In this document: in pieces, positions 52,544-62,756 of the stretch | Layout: the number at the start of each line of letters is the position of its first letter | Numbering within the stretch: the first letter of the stretch is position 1 | DNA from: Minisyncoccota bacterium | Lineage (GTDB): Bacteria > Patescibacteriota > Minisyncoccia > Phycocordibacterales > XYD1-FULL-46-19 | Assembly: GCA_041664425.1 (NCBI GenBank) | Contig: JBAYKU010000001.1 | Span: 29,272-93,271, forward strand | Length of the DNA stretch: 64,000 nt | Direction: 5' to 3' | Program-made: the position numbers and the translations under genes | Notes under the pieces: model-generated | The model's input: the letters and a program-made list of their open reading frames with translations, nothing else | What the model was told of the DNA's origin: nothing | Database searches by the model: none

Positions 52544-53002
52544 ATGAGTACCGAATTGGCCGGATTTGAAGTTGTCGAGGTCGTTGAAAAACCGGACAAA
52601 GCCAAAGAGAGGAGGTATAAGCGTGATACCCAAGAGCTATTTTGGCTCTTGGAAAATTGGGAGAAGGTGGTAGTAACAGCTAAGCCAGGTGGCAAGGTTT
52701 GGTATCGAGAAATCCATCGGATTATCGATTTCAAGCAGTGCTTCCAAGAGCAGTGGGGGTTTGATGCTTTGATTTATGAGATCAGAGTGATCGAGAACCG
52801 TATCGCGATCAGAAAATTGGCGGAGCCACTGGAATTTAGGCCTAAACGGACAGAAGTAGAGGTCCTGTCTTCTGAGACAAAAAAAAGGCTGAGCCTAGAA
52901 GAAAAGCGTAAACGTTATCGCGCCAAGCGCCGAGTAGTCAAAGATCGGCTTAGGCAATTCTGTCATTACCGAGTTTGTGGACTAGCAGCTTGCCATTTCT
53001 GA
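52544..53002 (+). CDS. Orphan basic protein with C-terminal Cys/His cluster
   Basis: AGGAGGT SD; terminator at about 53041..53080. Confidence 0.6.
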   Translation: MSTELAGFEVVEVVEKPDKAKERRYKRDTQELFWLLENWEKVVVTAKPGGKVWYREIHRIIDFKQCFQEQWGFDALIYEIRVIENRIAIRKLAEPLEFRPKRTEVEVLSSETKKRLSLEEKRKRYRAKRRVVKDRLRQFCHYRVCGLAACHF

Positions 53003-53105
53003 GGAAGGCAGAACTGGTTCAAGTTTGAAGTTATATATCGGGGCCGAACGCATCAAGCGCATTCGGCCTCTTCTTTTTCTTTAATTTTTATGCTATTTTC
53101 TATTT

Positions 53106-54422
53106 ATGGAAAAAAACCAAGAAGCGATGGAAAAATTGGTCTCGTTGTGTAAAAGACGGGGTTTTATTTATCCCTCCTCGGAGATTTATGGCGGTCTGGC
53201 TGGAGTATGGGATTTTGGTCCCCTCGGTGTGGAGCTGAAAAACAATTTAAAAAATATTTGGTGGCAGATGTTCGTCCGCGACCGCGAGGATATGTTTGGA
53301 CTCGATGCGGATATTTTAATGAATGCTAAAGTCTGGGAAGCTTCTGGTCACGTGGCTGGTTTTGCTGATCCACTGACCGAATGTCAAAAATGTCACAAGC
53401 GTTTTCGAGCTGATCAATTAGAGGAAAATAAATGTCCAGATTGTGGTGGGGAATTGGGAGCGATTCGCCAGTTTAATATGATGTTTCGCACTCAGATCGG
53501 AGCGATGGAAGATTCTTCGGCAACGGTTTATCTACGTCCAGAAACTGCTCAGGGGATTTTTGCTAATTTTAAAAACGTCATCGATTCTTTTCATCCGAAA
53601 CTGCCGTTTGGTATTGGCCAGATTGGTAAAGCTTTTCGCAATGAGATCACGCCTCGCGATTTTATTTTCCGCGTCCGCGAATTCGAACAAATGGAAATTG
53701 AATATTTTATTCGAGCCGACGAATGGGAAAAACATTTTGCTGATTGGCAACAATCAGTTCACTCATATATAGAAGCGGTGGGGATTGCCAAAGGCAAGGT
53801 GAGCGAGCTCGAAGTCTCTGGTGATGATCTCGCTCATTATTCCAAGCGGACGATTGATTTTGAATTTGATTATCCTTTTGGCCGAAAGGAACTTTGCGGT
53901 TTGGCTTATCGGACCAACTTTGATTTAACTAAGCATGCCGAACATTCCGGCACTGAGCTTTTCTATTATGATGAAGAAACAAAAGAAAAAACCGTTCCTC
54001 ATGTTATCGAGCCATCTTTCGGAGTAGAAAGAATTGTTTTGGCGACTCTCTTATCCGCCTATCGGGAAGACGAGCTGGGTGGCGAGACTAGGGTCTATCT
54101 GGATTTCAATTTCGCTGTGGCGCCAGTCAAGGTGGCTGTCTTTCCGCTTTTGAAAAATAAACCAGAACTGGTAGCCAGGGCGCGCGAAATTTATGCCGAA
54201 CTGAAGAAAAAAATCTCGGGCAATGTGATGTTTGATGATAATGGTAATATTGGCAAACGCTATCGCCGACAGGATGAAATCGGGACGCCGTACTGTGTGA
54301 CGATTGATTTCCAAACCCTCGAAGATGAGATGGTGACGGTTCGCGATCGCAATAGTGGGGAACAGGAGCGAGTGAAAATTGCTGATTTGGCGGAGCGGAT
54401 TCTGACTGGGGATTTGGGGTAA
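53106..54422 (+). CDS. glyQS: Glycine--tRNA ligase, single-subunit (alpha2) type
   Basis: LRPETAQG, FRNEI, REFEQME, VIEPSFG, IGKRYRRQDEIGTP. Confidence 0.96.
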   Translation: MEKNQEAMEKLVSLCKRRGFIYPSSEIYGGLAGVWDFGPLGVELKNNLKNIWWQMFVRDREDMFGLDADILMNAKVWEASGHVAGFADPLTECQKCHKRFRADQLEENKCPDCGGELGAIRQFNMMFRTQIGAMEDSSATVYLRPETAQGIFANFKNVIDSFHPKLPFGIGQIGKAFRNEITPRDFIFRVREFEQMEIEYFIRADEWEKHFADWQQSVHSYIEAVGIAKGKVSELEVSGDDLAHYSKRTIDFEFDYPFGRKELCGLAYRTNFDLTKHAEHSGTELFYYDEETKEKTVPHVIEPSFGVERIVLATLLSAYREDELGGETRVYLDFNFAVAPVKVAVFPLLKNKPELVARAREIYAELKKKISGNVMFDDNGNIGKRYRRQDEIGTPYCVTIDFQTLEDEMVTVRDRNSGEQERVKIADLAERILTGDLG

Positions 54423-54428
54423 TTTATC

Positions 54429-54711
54429 TAAACTGCAAAACTTTTTACTCGGCGCACCTGTTTTAGGGTACGGATTTCCCTGGCCCTATGGAATAAATTT
54501 GTTCAAAAACTTTCTTAATTTCAAAACCCAGACCCAAGCCCAACCATTTTGAAATTAAGAAAGTTTTTTTGACAAATTTCGCTTCGCTATTCCATAGGGT
54601 GAACTTAGAAAATCCTGTCCGCCAGCTGGCGGATCGGCCATGCCTGTACAGGCAGGTCGACAGCCTCACGACCCCCTAAAACAGGTGCGCCTTCGACAAG
54701 TTTGCAGTTTA
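54429..54711. repeat. Composite nested palindromic element
   Basis: GGCGCACCTGTTTTAGGG/CCCTAAAACAGGTGCGCC arms enclosing a GGAATA-family element (54482..54603) and two short palindromes. Confidence 0.8.
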
Positions 54712-54828
54712 TAAAGTTAATCACATTTTCTCTTGCGTGTTTTTATACTTTTGCTAGACTAAAAAATAGAGATGCTCTTTGTGACGTGGGAATTGTCCCC
54801 GTACTGAGCATTAGGGAGGAACGGCAAC

Positions 54829-55290
54829 ATGAGGAAGACATTGATTGCAGTAGTTTTTACCGCTGTAATGTTGATCGCTTTTGCGTTTGGCCTGCAGGCA
54901 CCACCGGGCATGATGGACAACCAGTTGGCAGTCGCGTCCCCGATGTCTCTCGCGAATGAGGGTATCGTTGGGACGGCAGTGGTATCCGAGGCGATTGGCA
55001 CCTCAGGTAGCAGTCAATTCCTCGATCATGTGGCCTTCGCGAAGGAAGCTATGACGAGCTCGGCTCCAAGCGGCGAAGCAATACTTGAAGGTCGGGAGGT
55101 CCTTCTTCCCACCGAAATTGTCGTTGCTGGTGGTAGCGTCGAAAATGGGGCCAAGGCGAGCACGCTGGCGGAGACTTCCAGAGAAGGTAGTTACCCGCTG
55201 AAGTGTATCCTCGCGATCTCGTCGTCCTCGAACCGCGCGGCATACCCGGCCGACGTAGCGGAGGTTAGCCATCCTCTGAGATATGTTTAA
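54829..55290 (+). CDS. Orphan secreted low-complexity protein
   Basis: Signal peptide, GGGAGGA SD, visibly GC-richer, terminator at about 55351..55390. Confidence 0.6.
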   Translation: MRKTLIAVVFTAVMLIAFAFGLQAPPGMMDNQLAVASPMSLANEGIVGTAVVSEAIGTSGSSQFLDHVAFAKEAMTSSAPSGEAILEGREVLLPTEIVVAGGSVENGAKASTLAETSREGSYPLKCILAISSSSNRAAYPADVAEVSHPLRYV

Positions 55291-55423
55291 CGGCTTGGCG
55301 CGCTGACAGTCGCGCGCCGTGAAATTTCCCCGCCCTTTTGGGCTCACACCGGCACCGTCTCCGCTTTAGGAGAGGGTGCCTGTTTTTTTTGCCTTTATGA
55401 GCCAAGTGTTATATAATCGCGGC

Positions 55424-57340
55424 ATGTCTAAAGAAAAAAAGCCAAAAAATAAGGGAAATTTGCAGATTTTGGGGCAGTTTGGCAGCCAAATCTTGTGGGG
55501 CTTACTGATCCTACTTTTTGTAGTGAGTGTCTTTTCGGCGGTCAATGATCAGGTTAAAAAAATCCCTACCATCTCTATTTCTGAATTGGCCCAAAAAATC
55601 TCTGCTGATCAGGTGAGCCTGATTGAGGTCAAAGGTGGGACCCTGACTGTTACGGGGGTGGATAAAAAAGTTTGGACCGCTAAGAAGGAAACTGAATCAT
55701 CTCTGTCCCAAACCTTGATCAATTATGGTGTTAAACCAGAAAATCTCAACAAAGTAAAAATTGATATCCAGAGTGATGCCAGCTCTAGTTTCTGGTTAAC
55801 AACCTTTTTGCCATTACTGATTCCGGTTATTTTTATTATCTTGATTTTTTGGTATTTGTCTCGGCAGGTCAAAGGTGCTTCAATGCAAGCTTTCTCTTTT
55901 GGTCAATCGCGAGCGCGGATTGTTTTTCCTGATGACGGCGGCGAGAAAGTTACTTTCAAAGATGTGGCTGGTGTCCGTGAGGCTAAAGAAGAGTTATTGG
56001 AGATCGTTGATTTTCTGCGTAATCCAAAAAAGTTTTTAGATATTGGCGCCCGCATTCCCAAGGGTGTACTGCTCATGGGTGCGCCAGGTACAGGTAAGAC
56101 TTTGTTGGCCCGAGCCGTGGCGGGGGAGGCCAAGGTGCCATTTCTCTATCTCTCGGGTTCAGAATTTGTGGAAATGTTTGTGGGAGTGGGTGCCTCACGC
56201 GTGCGTGATTTATTTAAACTAGCAAAAGATTCGGCTCCCGCTATTATTTTTATTGACGAGATTGATGCCATCGGTCGCCATCGTGGTTCTGGTATGGGTG
56301 GTGGCAATGATGAGCGCGAACAAACCTTGAACCAAATTTTGGTGGAAATGGATGGTTTTGAACCTAATGAAAAATTGATTGTCATGGCGGCTACTAACCG
56401 ACCAGATGTCCTCGACCCCGCCCTGTTACGTCCTGGTCGTTTTGATCGCCGAGTGATGCTGGATTCGCCGGATAAGAGAGATCGTGAAGAAATTTTATTG
56501 ATCCATTCTCGCCATAAGCCGATGGGTCCGGATGTTAATATGAAAGTGATTGCCGAACGTACCCCGGGTTTTTCTGGTGCTGATTTGGCTAATGCGGTCA
56601 ACGAAGCGGCAATACTAACCGCTCGTGAGGCGCGAACTGAAGTTAGTCAATACGATCTCTTGCGTTCGATTGAAAAAGTTATGCTCGGACCGGAACGTCG
56701 CAGTCATATTCTCTCAGCTAAAGAAAAGCGAATTACTGCTTATCATGAAATTGGCCACGCTCTGCCCGCCTCCGTGCTTGAATATTCCGATCCAGTTCAC
56801 AAAGTCTCGATTATTTCTCGTGGACGAGCCGCTGGCTATACACTCAAACTGCCACTCGAAGATCGCAAACTTCAGTCGCGTAAAGAGTTTCTCGACGACC
56901 TAGCAGTTTCGCTCGGCGGTTATGTAGCGGAACAAATGGTCTTTGGTGATATAACGACTGGCGCTAGCAACGACATCTCTGTCTCGACTGATCTGGCTCG
57001 AGCGATGGTGACCAAGTATGGTATGAGTGACAAACTCGGACCAGTAGCGATTGAAACCTCATCCCATTTGAGTTTCTCTGGTGGTTTAAATGAATCCGCG
57101 GTGTCGGAGAAAACTTCAGCGATTGTTGATGAGGAGGTTTCGCGTTTGATGAATGAAGCGATGGAGCGAGCCAAAGAAATTTTAACCACTCATCGGGCCG
57201 TAATGGACAACATGGCCGAAGAATTGATTCGTACCGAAACTCTGGAACGCGAAGAATTTGAACGACTCTTGATTCTCAATGGTATCAAGCCTAAGAGAGT
57301 AGAAGAATCGGAAGGTTTGACTCTTGCACCGATAGCTTAA
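55424..57340 (+). CDS. ftsH: ATP-dependent zinc metalloprotease FtsH
   Basis: Two TMs, [25 protein letters not shown]. Confidence 0.97.
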   Translation: MSKEKKPKNKGNLQILGQFGSQILWGLLILLFVVSVFSAVNDQVKKIPTISISELAQKISADQVSLIEVKGGTLTVTGVDKKVWTAKKETESSLSQTLINYGVKPENLNKVKIDIQSDASSSFWLTTFLPLLIPVIFIILIFWYLSRQVKGASMQAFSFGQSRARIVFPDDGGEKVTFKDVAGVREAKEELLEIVDFLRNPKKFLDIGARIPKGVLLMGAPGTGKTLLARAVAGEAKVPFLYLSGSEFVEMFVGVGASRVRDLFKLAKDSAPAIIFIDEIDAIGRHRGSGMGGGNDEREQTLNQILVEMDGFEPNEKLIVMAATNRPDVLDPALLRPGRFDRRVMLDSPDKRDREEILLIHSRHKPMGPDVNMKVIAERTPGFSGADLANAVNEAAILTAREARTEVSQYDLLRSIEKVMLGPERRSHILSAKEKRITAYHEIGHALPASVLEYSDPVHKVSIISRGRAAGYTLKLPLEDRKLQSRKEFLDDLAVSLGGYVAEQMVFGDITTGASNDISVSTDLARAMVTKYGMSDKLGPVAIETSSHLSFSGGLNESAVSEKTSAIVDEEVSRLMNEAMERAKEILTTHRAVMDNMAEELIRTETLEREEFERLLILNGIKPKRVEESEGLTLAPIA

Positions 57341-57363
57341 TAATTGTAAGTTAAAAGTGCTAT

Positions 57364-57431
57364 GCGCCTGTAGCCCCGACGTACGAAGTGGTCGGGATCC
57401 CGACTGAAGCGTCGGGACTCAGATGTTTAGA
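57364..57431 (+). pseudogene. 5' tRNA-Ile fragment interrupted by a double-hairpin repeat
   Basis: Removing 57374..57417 restores 22 of the first 24 nt of the adjacent tRNA. Confidence 0.6.
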
Positions 57432-57447
57432 TTTTGAAAATTAAATT

Positions 57448-57521
57448 GCGCCTGTAGCTCAGCTGGTTAGAGCACGGAGCTTATACCTCCGCGGTCCCTG
57501 GTTCGAATCCAGGCGGGCGCA
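57448..57521 (+). tRNA. tRNA-Ile (anticodon UAU), CCA not encoded
   Basis: Full cloverleaf; anticodon arm CGGAG-CTTATAC-CTCCG. Confidence 0.93.
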
Positions 57522-57527
57522 CTAATT

Positions 57528-59678
57528 TTACTCAAAATGTGTATCTTTCTTTTTTCCGGCGAGACGCTGGCGGAGGAGAGGGTAGTTTTTTAGTTCGGGA
57601 TCGGTGGCGACGATTTTCTGAGCTTCGGTCCGCGCTAGTTCGACCATCTTGATATTTTTCAGGGCTTCCATCCCGAGGTCAGACAGTCCCCATTGTTTTT
57701 CGCCGGATAGAGAACCAGCGCCACGTAGCGATAAGTCGAGCTCGGCTAGTTCGAAACCGTTTTTGGCTTTGACTAGAGCTTTCAGTCGGTCCAGCGACAC
57801 GGCGCTTTTGGCTTCACTAAAAACAAAACAATAAGCTTGGTGGTTGCTCCGGATAACACGACCGCGGAGCTGATGGAGCTGGGCTAGGCCAAAACGCTCG
57901 GCGCCTTCGATGACGATGATAGTGGCGTTGGGCACATTGACGCCGACTTCGATGACCGAGGTGGCGACCAGAATATCGATTTTGTGGTCGGTAAAATCAG
58001 TCATCACTTCTTCTTTGTCTTTTGGTTTTAATTTGCTGTGGACTAAACCGACGGTAAATTCTGGAAAAATTTTTTCTTGCAGGCGTATAGCTTCGGCTTT
58101 AGCCGACTTGGCCATGATCGCCATTTCTTTGGTGGGATCTGGTTCATCGATACGAGGGCAAATGACGTAGGCTTGCCGGCCGGCCTGTAATTGCTCTCGG
58201 ATTTGTTCGTAGGCAAGGTCGCGTTTATCGGGGGCAATAATTTCGGTGATGATTGGTTTGCGGCCGGCCGGCATTTCGTCGAGGAGAGAGAGGTCGAGGT
58301 CACCATAAATAGTCAGGGCGAGGGTGCGAGGAATAGGAGTGGCTGTCATGGAGAGTAGATGGGGAACTTTATTATCTTTATGATCTTTGCGAGTGAGATT
58401 GGCGCGTTGCATCACTCCGAAGCGATGTTGTTCGTCGATGATGACCAACGCCAAGTTTTTGAACTTCACTGATTTTTGAATCAACGAGTGAGTGCCGACG
58501 ACAATGGGGATCTGACCAGAGGCCACCCACTTTAAGAGAGTGGGGCGAGAGATGTGAGTATGTTCTTTGGGAGAAATTTTGGACGGGAATTTTCGACATT
58601 CTGAACCGGTCATCAGGCCGACCTGGATGCCGAGATATTCGAAATATTTGATAAATGATTCGAAGTGTTGGCGAGCGAGAATTTCGGTCGGGGCCATATA
58701 GGCGACTTCGTAGCCGGCCGAGACAGCAGCAAAAGCGGCCGCCGCAGCCACGGCGGTTTTACCAGAACCAACATCACCCTCGATTAAGCGAGTCATTGGT
58801 TTGTTTTTAGTAAAGTCAGCGAAGATTTCCTCAATGGTTCTAGTTTGCGCAGAAGTCATGGCAAAAGGAAAGCGAGCAAAAAACTTTTTTAAGCCAGTCT
58901 TATTTACTTCTAAACTAAAACTAGGATTACCTTGATATTCTCGTCGGCCGATCAGGCGTTCTAGTTGGAGAAAGAAAACTTCTTCAAAGGCAAAACGCTT
59001 GCGGGCCGCGAGGGCGTCACTTTCTCGGTGGGGAGTATGGACCCAAACGAGAGCGGTTTTAAGAGTGGGCAGATTGAATTGTTTTAAAATAAAATCAGGC
59101 AGAGGATCGACTAATTCGTCGAGCAAACTGTCGGTTAATAGTTTCGAGATTTGATGATAGAACCAGCCGGAAGTTAAACCTTTAGTTTCGGGATAGACGG
59201 GGATGAGGGAGCCGTCGATAAAACCACTACCATTGTCGGCAAAGACCGATTGTTTTTTGTCGTACCACGAACCGCCACCGGTGCCGATGGTGGGGTTGGT
59301 CATATAGAGAGAACCGGATCGCTCCGTGACTTTGCCGGAAAATTGATAGTAGCTACCCTCATGGAGTTTTTTAGCCAGGAAGGCTTGATGGAACCAAACG
59401 ATTTTTATTTTTCCCGTCTCGTCCTCGACGGTGGCGGTGGCCATGGGGATTTTTTTGAAATGAGCTTTTTTGATTTCGGCTTTGAGGACTCGGGCCGAGA
59501 TGACAGCTTCTTCGCCAACAGCCAAATCTCCAATTTTTTTAAATTGACCGGCGAAAGCGTAGCGGTTTGGAAGATGGAAAAGCAAATCCCGAGCCGTTTT
59601 ATAACCAATGCGTTCGAGCGCTTCTTTGTGGAGAGGATTGAGGCGAGATATTTTTTCGATAGGAGTATCAGGAGACAT
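57528..59678 (-). CDS. recG: ATP-dependent DNA helicase RecG
   Basis: GDVGSGKT, DEQHRFG, TATPIPRT, QLHQLRGRV. Confidence 0.96.
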   Translation of the reverse strand: MSPDTPIEKISRLNPLHKEALERIGYKTARDLLFHLPNRYAFAGQFKKIGDLAVGEEAVISARVLKAEIKKAHFKKIPMATATVEDETGKIKIVWFHQAFLAKKLHEGSYYQFSGKVTERSGSLYMTNPTIGTGGGSWYDKKQSVFADNGSGFIDGSLIPVYPETKGLTSGWFYHQISKLLTDSLLDELVDPLPDFILKQFNLPTLKTALVWVHTPHRESDALAARKRFAFEEVFFLQLERLIGRREYQGNPSFSLEVNKTGLKKFFARFPFAMTSAQTRTIEEIFADFTKNKPMTRLIEGDVGSGKTAVAAAAAFAAVSAGYEVAYMAPTEILARQHFESFIKYFEYLGIQVGLMTGSECRKFPSKISPKEHTHISRPTLLKWVASGQIPIVVGTHSLIQKSVKFKNLALVIIDEQHRFGVMQRANLTRKDHKDNKVPHLLSMTATPIPRTLALTIYGDLDLSLLDEMPAGRKPIITEIIAPDKRDLAYEQIREQLQAGRQAYVICPRIDEPDPTKEMAIMAKSAKAEAIRLQEKIFPEFTVGLVHSKLKPKDKEEVMTDFTDHKIDILVATSVIEVGVNVPNATIIVIEGAERFGLAQLHQLRGRVIRSNHQAYCFVFSEAKSAVSLDRLKALVKAKNGFELAELDLSLRGAGSLSGEKQWGLSDLGMEALKNIKMVELARTEAQKIVATDPELKNYPLLRQRLAGKKKDTHFE

Positions 59679-59925
59679 ACTTTTTGTTTCGGTAGTAAAG
59701 AAAGATATCGATTAAAACCATCAAACCATTCAAAACATATAAATAGATGACAAAATCAAAATTATAGAAAATTTTATGTAGGGTACCAGCAATATAGCCG
59801 GCAAAAATTAGCCACAAGAAAATTACGCTTTTTCCAGCATCAGATCTCGAGGTGTATGATTTATAAATAGAGAACGGCCAAGAGACGCCAAAACAAAGTA
59901 GGAAAATAATCTCAAAAGGGGACAT
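59668..59925 (-). CDS. Small three-helix membrane protein (PQ-loop/SemiSWEET-like)
   Basis: FGVSWPFSIYKSY...GKS; three hydrophobic helices. Confidence 0.65.
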   Translation of the reverse strand: MSPFEIIFLLCFGVSWPFSIYKSYTSRSDAGKSVIFLWLIFAGYIAGTLHKIFYNFDFVIYLYVLNGLMVLIDIFLYYRNKKYVS

Positions 59926-60021
59926 ATAGACTAATCCTAGCAAATATAATTTTTATTCAAAAGAAAACGACCGATTCCGCGCAAGCGCAGAATCGGTCGT
60001 GTGATCCAGGGGAGAGGGAGA

Positions 60022-61080
60022 TCAGCCTTTGCTGCTGGAACCGAGGTTGCCGTAGAAACGGAACCCACTTGATCCCTTTAGGTAATCGCCGGTGATGGTG
60101 ATCACCACTTTGTCGTACCCGGCAGGCAAAGAGACGTTGGGCCAGCAACCGTTCTGGTCGTTGACAGAATAGTCTCCCGACCATTGCCACCAGCAGATCT
60201 GCGTCAGTGAGCCGTTGGCTTCAACTGCGTTGACCTTGATGTTCGGGTTGCCGATGTCGGTAACTGCAAAGTATGCCGACTGACCCTTCAGGTCAGCCAT
60301 GTAGACTTTGGCTGCTCCTCTGTCGATTTGCCCGTCGAACTGCTGTCCGACGAGGTTTTGCCATTTGTCGTTCTCGAACAGGGGAACGACATTGCCAGCA
60401 TGGGTGACGCTGATGACCGAAGAATCCGTTCCAGAAACGTTTTGGTCCTGAGTATGCCCGACAGCGATGGCGAGGCCAGTGGTTCGGTCAACGATCTGGT
60501 ATGCCTGATTCATGCTCGGGTTGTACCAAAGCGTGAACCCGCCGTTATTCTGGTCGTACGCGCCGACGAAACCCTCACCGTCAACCCGAACTTCCAGATT
60601 GTTTGAGTTGATGCCGTCCGGGCAGGTGAAGGTAATGAACTTGCTCTTGCTGTACGGGTACATGACAACCTTGATGGATTGCCCGTCTTTGAGTAGGTCG
60701 GTATCGAACCGACCATATCCCGTTCCTTCGCCTTGTTCGTTGACACCCCTCAAGTAGAGGGAGAACTTGGAGCAAATCCCTTCCGCGTTCTGAGGTAGGC
60801 CGGGCAGGCCGTTCGGGCCAGTATCCACGCTCTGGTTGTTGATGACCAATTCGTGGATGAAACCATTCTTGTCCATTGCGAAGTCGCCGTAGACGTAGGT
60901 TTCGTAGCCGTTCACTCCGACTCGGTTAAACCAGAAACTGCCGGTGTACGACACCGCTGGGTTGGTAACCAGCGCCGCCGCCGCCAGCTCCGAATTGATT
61001 GGAGCCTCGTCGGCAAACACCACCGCCGTAAAGCCGAAGAAAAACAACATAACCACAAGAACAACAAGATGCTTTTTCAT
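60022..61080 (-). CDS. Secreted beta-rich orphan protein
   Basis: Signal peptide ending VFA, GAAGGGG SD, visibly GC-richer, terminator at about 59965..60000. Confidence 0.75.
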   Translation of the reverse strand: MKKHLVVLVVMLFFFGFTAVVFADEAPINSELAAAALVTNPAVSYTGSFWFNRVGVNGYETYVYGDFAMDKNGFIHELVINNQSVDTGPNGLPGLPQNAEGICSKFSLYLRGVNEQGEGTGYGRFDTDLLKDGQSIKVVMYPYSKSKFITFTCPDGINSNNLEVRVDGEGFVGAYDQNNGGFTLWYNPSMNQAYQIVDRTTGLAIAVGHTQDQNVSGTDSSVISVTHAGNVVPLFENDKWQNLVGQQFDGQIDRGAAKVYMADLKGQSAYFAVTDIGNPNIKVNAVEANGSLTQICWWQWSGDYSVNDQNGCWPNVSLPAGYDKVVITITGDYLKGSSGFRFYGNLGSSSKG

Positions 61081-61135
61081 TTGAAATCCCCTTCGTTTTT
61101 TCTGCGTTTAGTCTCACCACCATTGGTGATACTTA

Positions 61136-61417
61136 CTACATGACCGAGACCTGGTGGGTCTTGGTCGAAAAACCTAGTGACTTGAGTTTATTGGTTGTTT
61201 CCGGCGATGGGCCAGGAACTACCTTGATGGTCTTTCTGTCCTTTTGGGGGACAGCGACGGCATCTTTGTGACTGCCGTCTGGGGCGATGATAGTCACCGG
61301 TTTCGACAAGGTTGTCGTTTCCGGCTTTTGACGCAGTGTCGATAGAGCCAGAAAGACCCCAATCAATACTGCTACTACCATCAAAAGCACCCACATCGGG
61401 ATCTTCTCTTTCAGCAT
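61136..61417 (-). CDS. Small membrane-anchored orphan protein
   Basis: N-terminal TM; GGAGGAG SD; TTGACT/TATAAT promoter upstream. Confidence 0.6.
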   Translation of the reverse strand: MLKEKIPMWVLLMVVAVLIGVFLALSTLRQKPETTTLSKPVTIIAPDGSHKDAVAVPQKDRKTIKVVPGPSPETTNKLKSLGFSTKTHQVSVM

Positions 61418-61626
61418 TTCTCTTCTCCTCCGTTGTCAATCCACCCTCGGGGTGGTTCCAAAACAATAAAAGGCCACATGGCCTTATCTTCCGTCATTTA
61501 TTATATACCTAAATTGACAAAAAGTCAATAGTAAATGATAAAATATGGCCAATAATAAGGGTATAATTTAAAAGAAGCCATAAAAATAGACTTTTTGCTG
61601 CAAATTGAATAGAATATGGTGAACGG

Positions 61627-61718
61627 GGAGAGGTGGCTGAGTGGCCGAAAGCGCCTCACTGCTAACGAGGTAGGGGTTTTAAAGCCCCTCGAGGGTTCGA
61701 ATCCCTCCCTCTCCGCCA
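61627..61718 (+). tRNA. tRNA-Ser (anticodon GCU)
   Basis: GGAGAGG/CCTCTCC-G-CCA acceptor, CT-GCT-AA loop, long variable arm. Confidence 0.95.
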
Positions 61719-61817
61719 GGACAATTTAGTATCGGTTAGACCCATATAATACTCCAAAAGATATGGTTTACAGATACATCAAAAAAACACCGACGGAATT
61801 TCGTTAGTGTTTTTTGG

Positions 61818-62756
61818 TTATTTGCCACGATTCTTTTTTCTTGCAGCAATTTCTGGCACACCTTGACCAGGAGTTATGATAGTTTGGGCTTTCACATTTT
61901 TGAGCCTTTGTACTAATTTTGCCATTGATACACCTGTACGTTTTCTTTCCTCTATCATATTCGCAATATCGTCTCCAGATATGGTTGTTCCCTTATCTGC
62001 CTTAATCATTATCCCTACGTTAAAATCAGCGTTTTCTTCGTCGTCGGTATATCTCATTCCATCAATCAATTCTTCTGGGGTCATATGGTCAAAAACCGTT
62101 TGCATTCCTGCACCGTGAATATGTTTAGCTTTTAGTCGATCAAACTTGTCATTTTTAACGGCAAAAGAAAATTTATCATAGTCATCAAACGGGATGTGAA
62201 ATCCATTGTAGTTTATAATGACATTGCCATTAACTTTCATTTGAAAATGAAAGTGCGGGACCCTACCTTCCTGGCGATCTTTATGGCCAGCCAAATCTCC
62301 TTGGGAGCACGAGAATGACCATTCAAGATGTTTATACTTTATTGTTTCTTCAATTACCTTTGACGAAGATTTTTCTTCAACCAAATCGTTGATGTTCTTA
62401 AATGGTTTCTCGCAATTTGCAACCCAGCGCAAATAAGCTTCTAATCGGTGGAAACCTTTGTTTTTGAATAACAGAGGGAAATGTTTCTTTTTAAATCCTT
62501 TCGGTTTAAGTAGCCAATGGAAACATGGTTTTCTCTCAGAGAAATGTGTAAGTGGATAACCACAATAATTGCACCTTCCTTTTAATAAGGCAGTTTTTAA
62601 TTCTTGAAAATCCCTCTCATTTATCTGGTGCTCTTTCTCGCTTTCTTTGGCCAGTTGCTCTGGAGACAAACTGTTGAGATAGTCATTAAGTTTATTAAAT
62701 CTCTCATCTTCATCCATAGACGAAACCATTAAACTCTCTTTGGGAAGATTATTCAA
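61818..62756 (-). CDS. Hypothetical island cargo protein with CxxC and HxH motifs
   Basis: CNYC...CFH and PHFHFQM; 4-nt overlap with the recombinase stop. Confidence 0.75.
   Translation of the reverse strand: MNNLPKESLMVSSMDEDERFNKLNDYLNSLSPEQLAKESEKEHQINERDFQELKTALLKGRCNYCGYPLTHFSERKPCFHWLLKPKGFKKKHFPLLFKNKGFHRLEAYLRWVANCEKPFKNINDLVEEKSSSKVIEETIKYKHLEWSFSCSQGDLAGHKDRQEGRVPHFHFQMKVNGNVIINYNGFHIPFDDYDKFSFAVKNDKFDRLKAKHIHGAGMQTVFDHMTPEELIDGMRYTDDEENADFNVGIMIKADKGTTISGDDIANMIEERKRTGVSMAKLVQRLKNVKAQTIITPGQGVPEIAARKKNRGK

Noticed and set aside
54463-54669. 68-aa ORF; likewise 49876..50067 and 33396..33611
   Set aside because: They lie largely or wholly within repeat elements and lack initiation signals.
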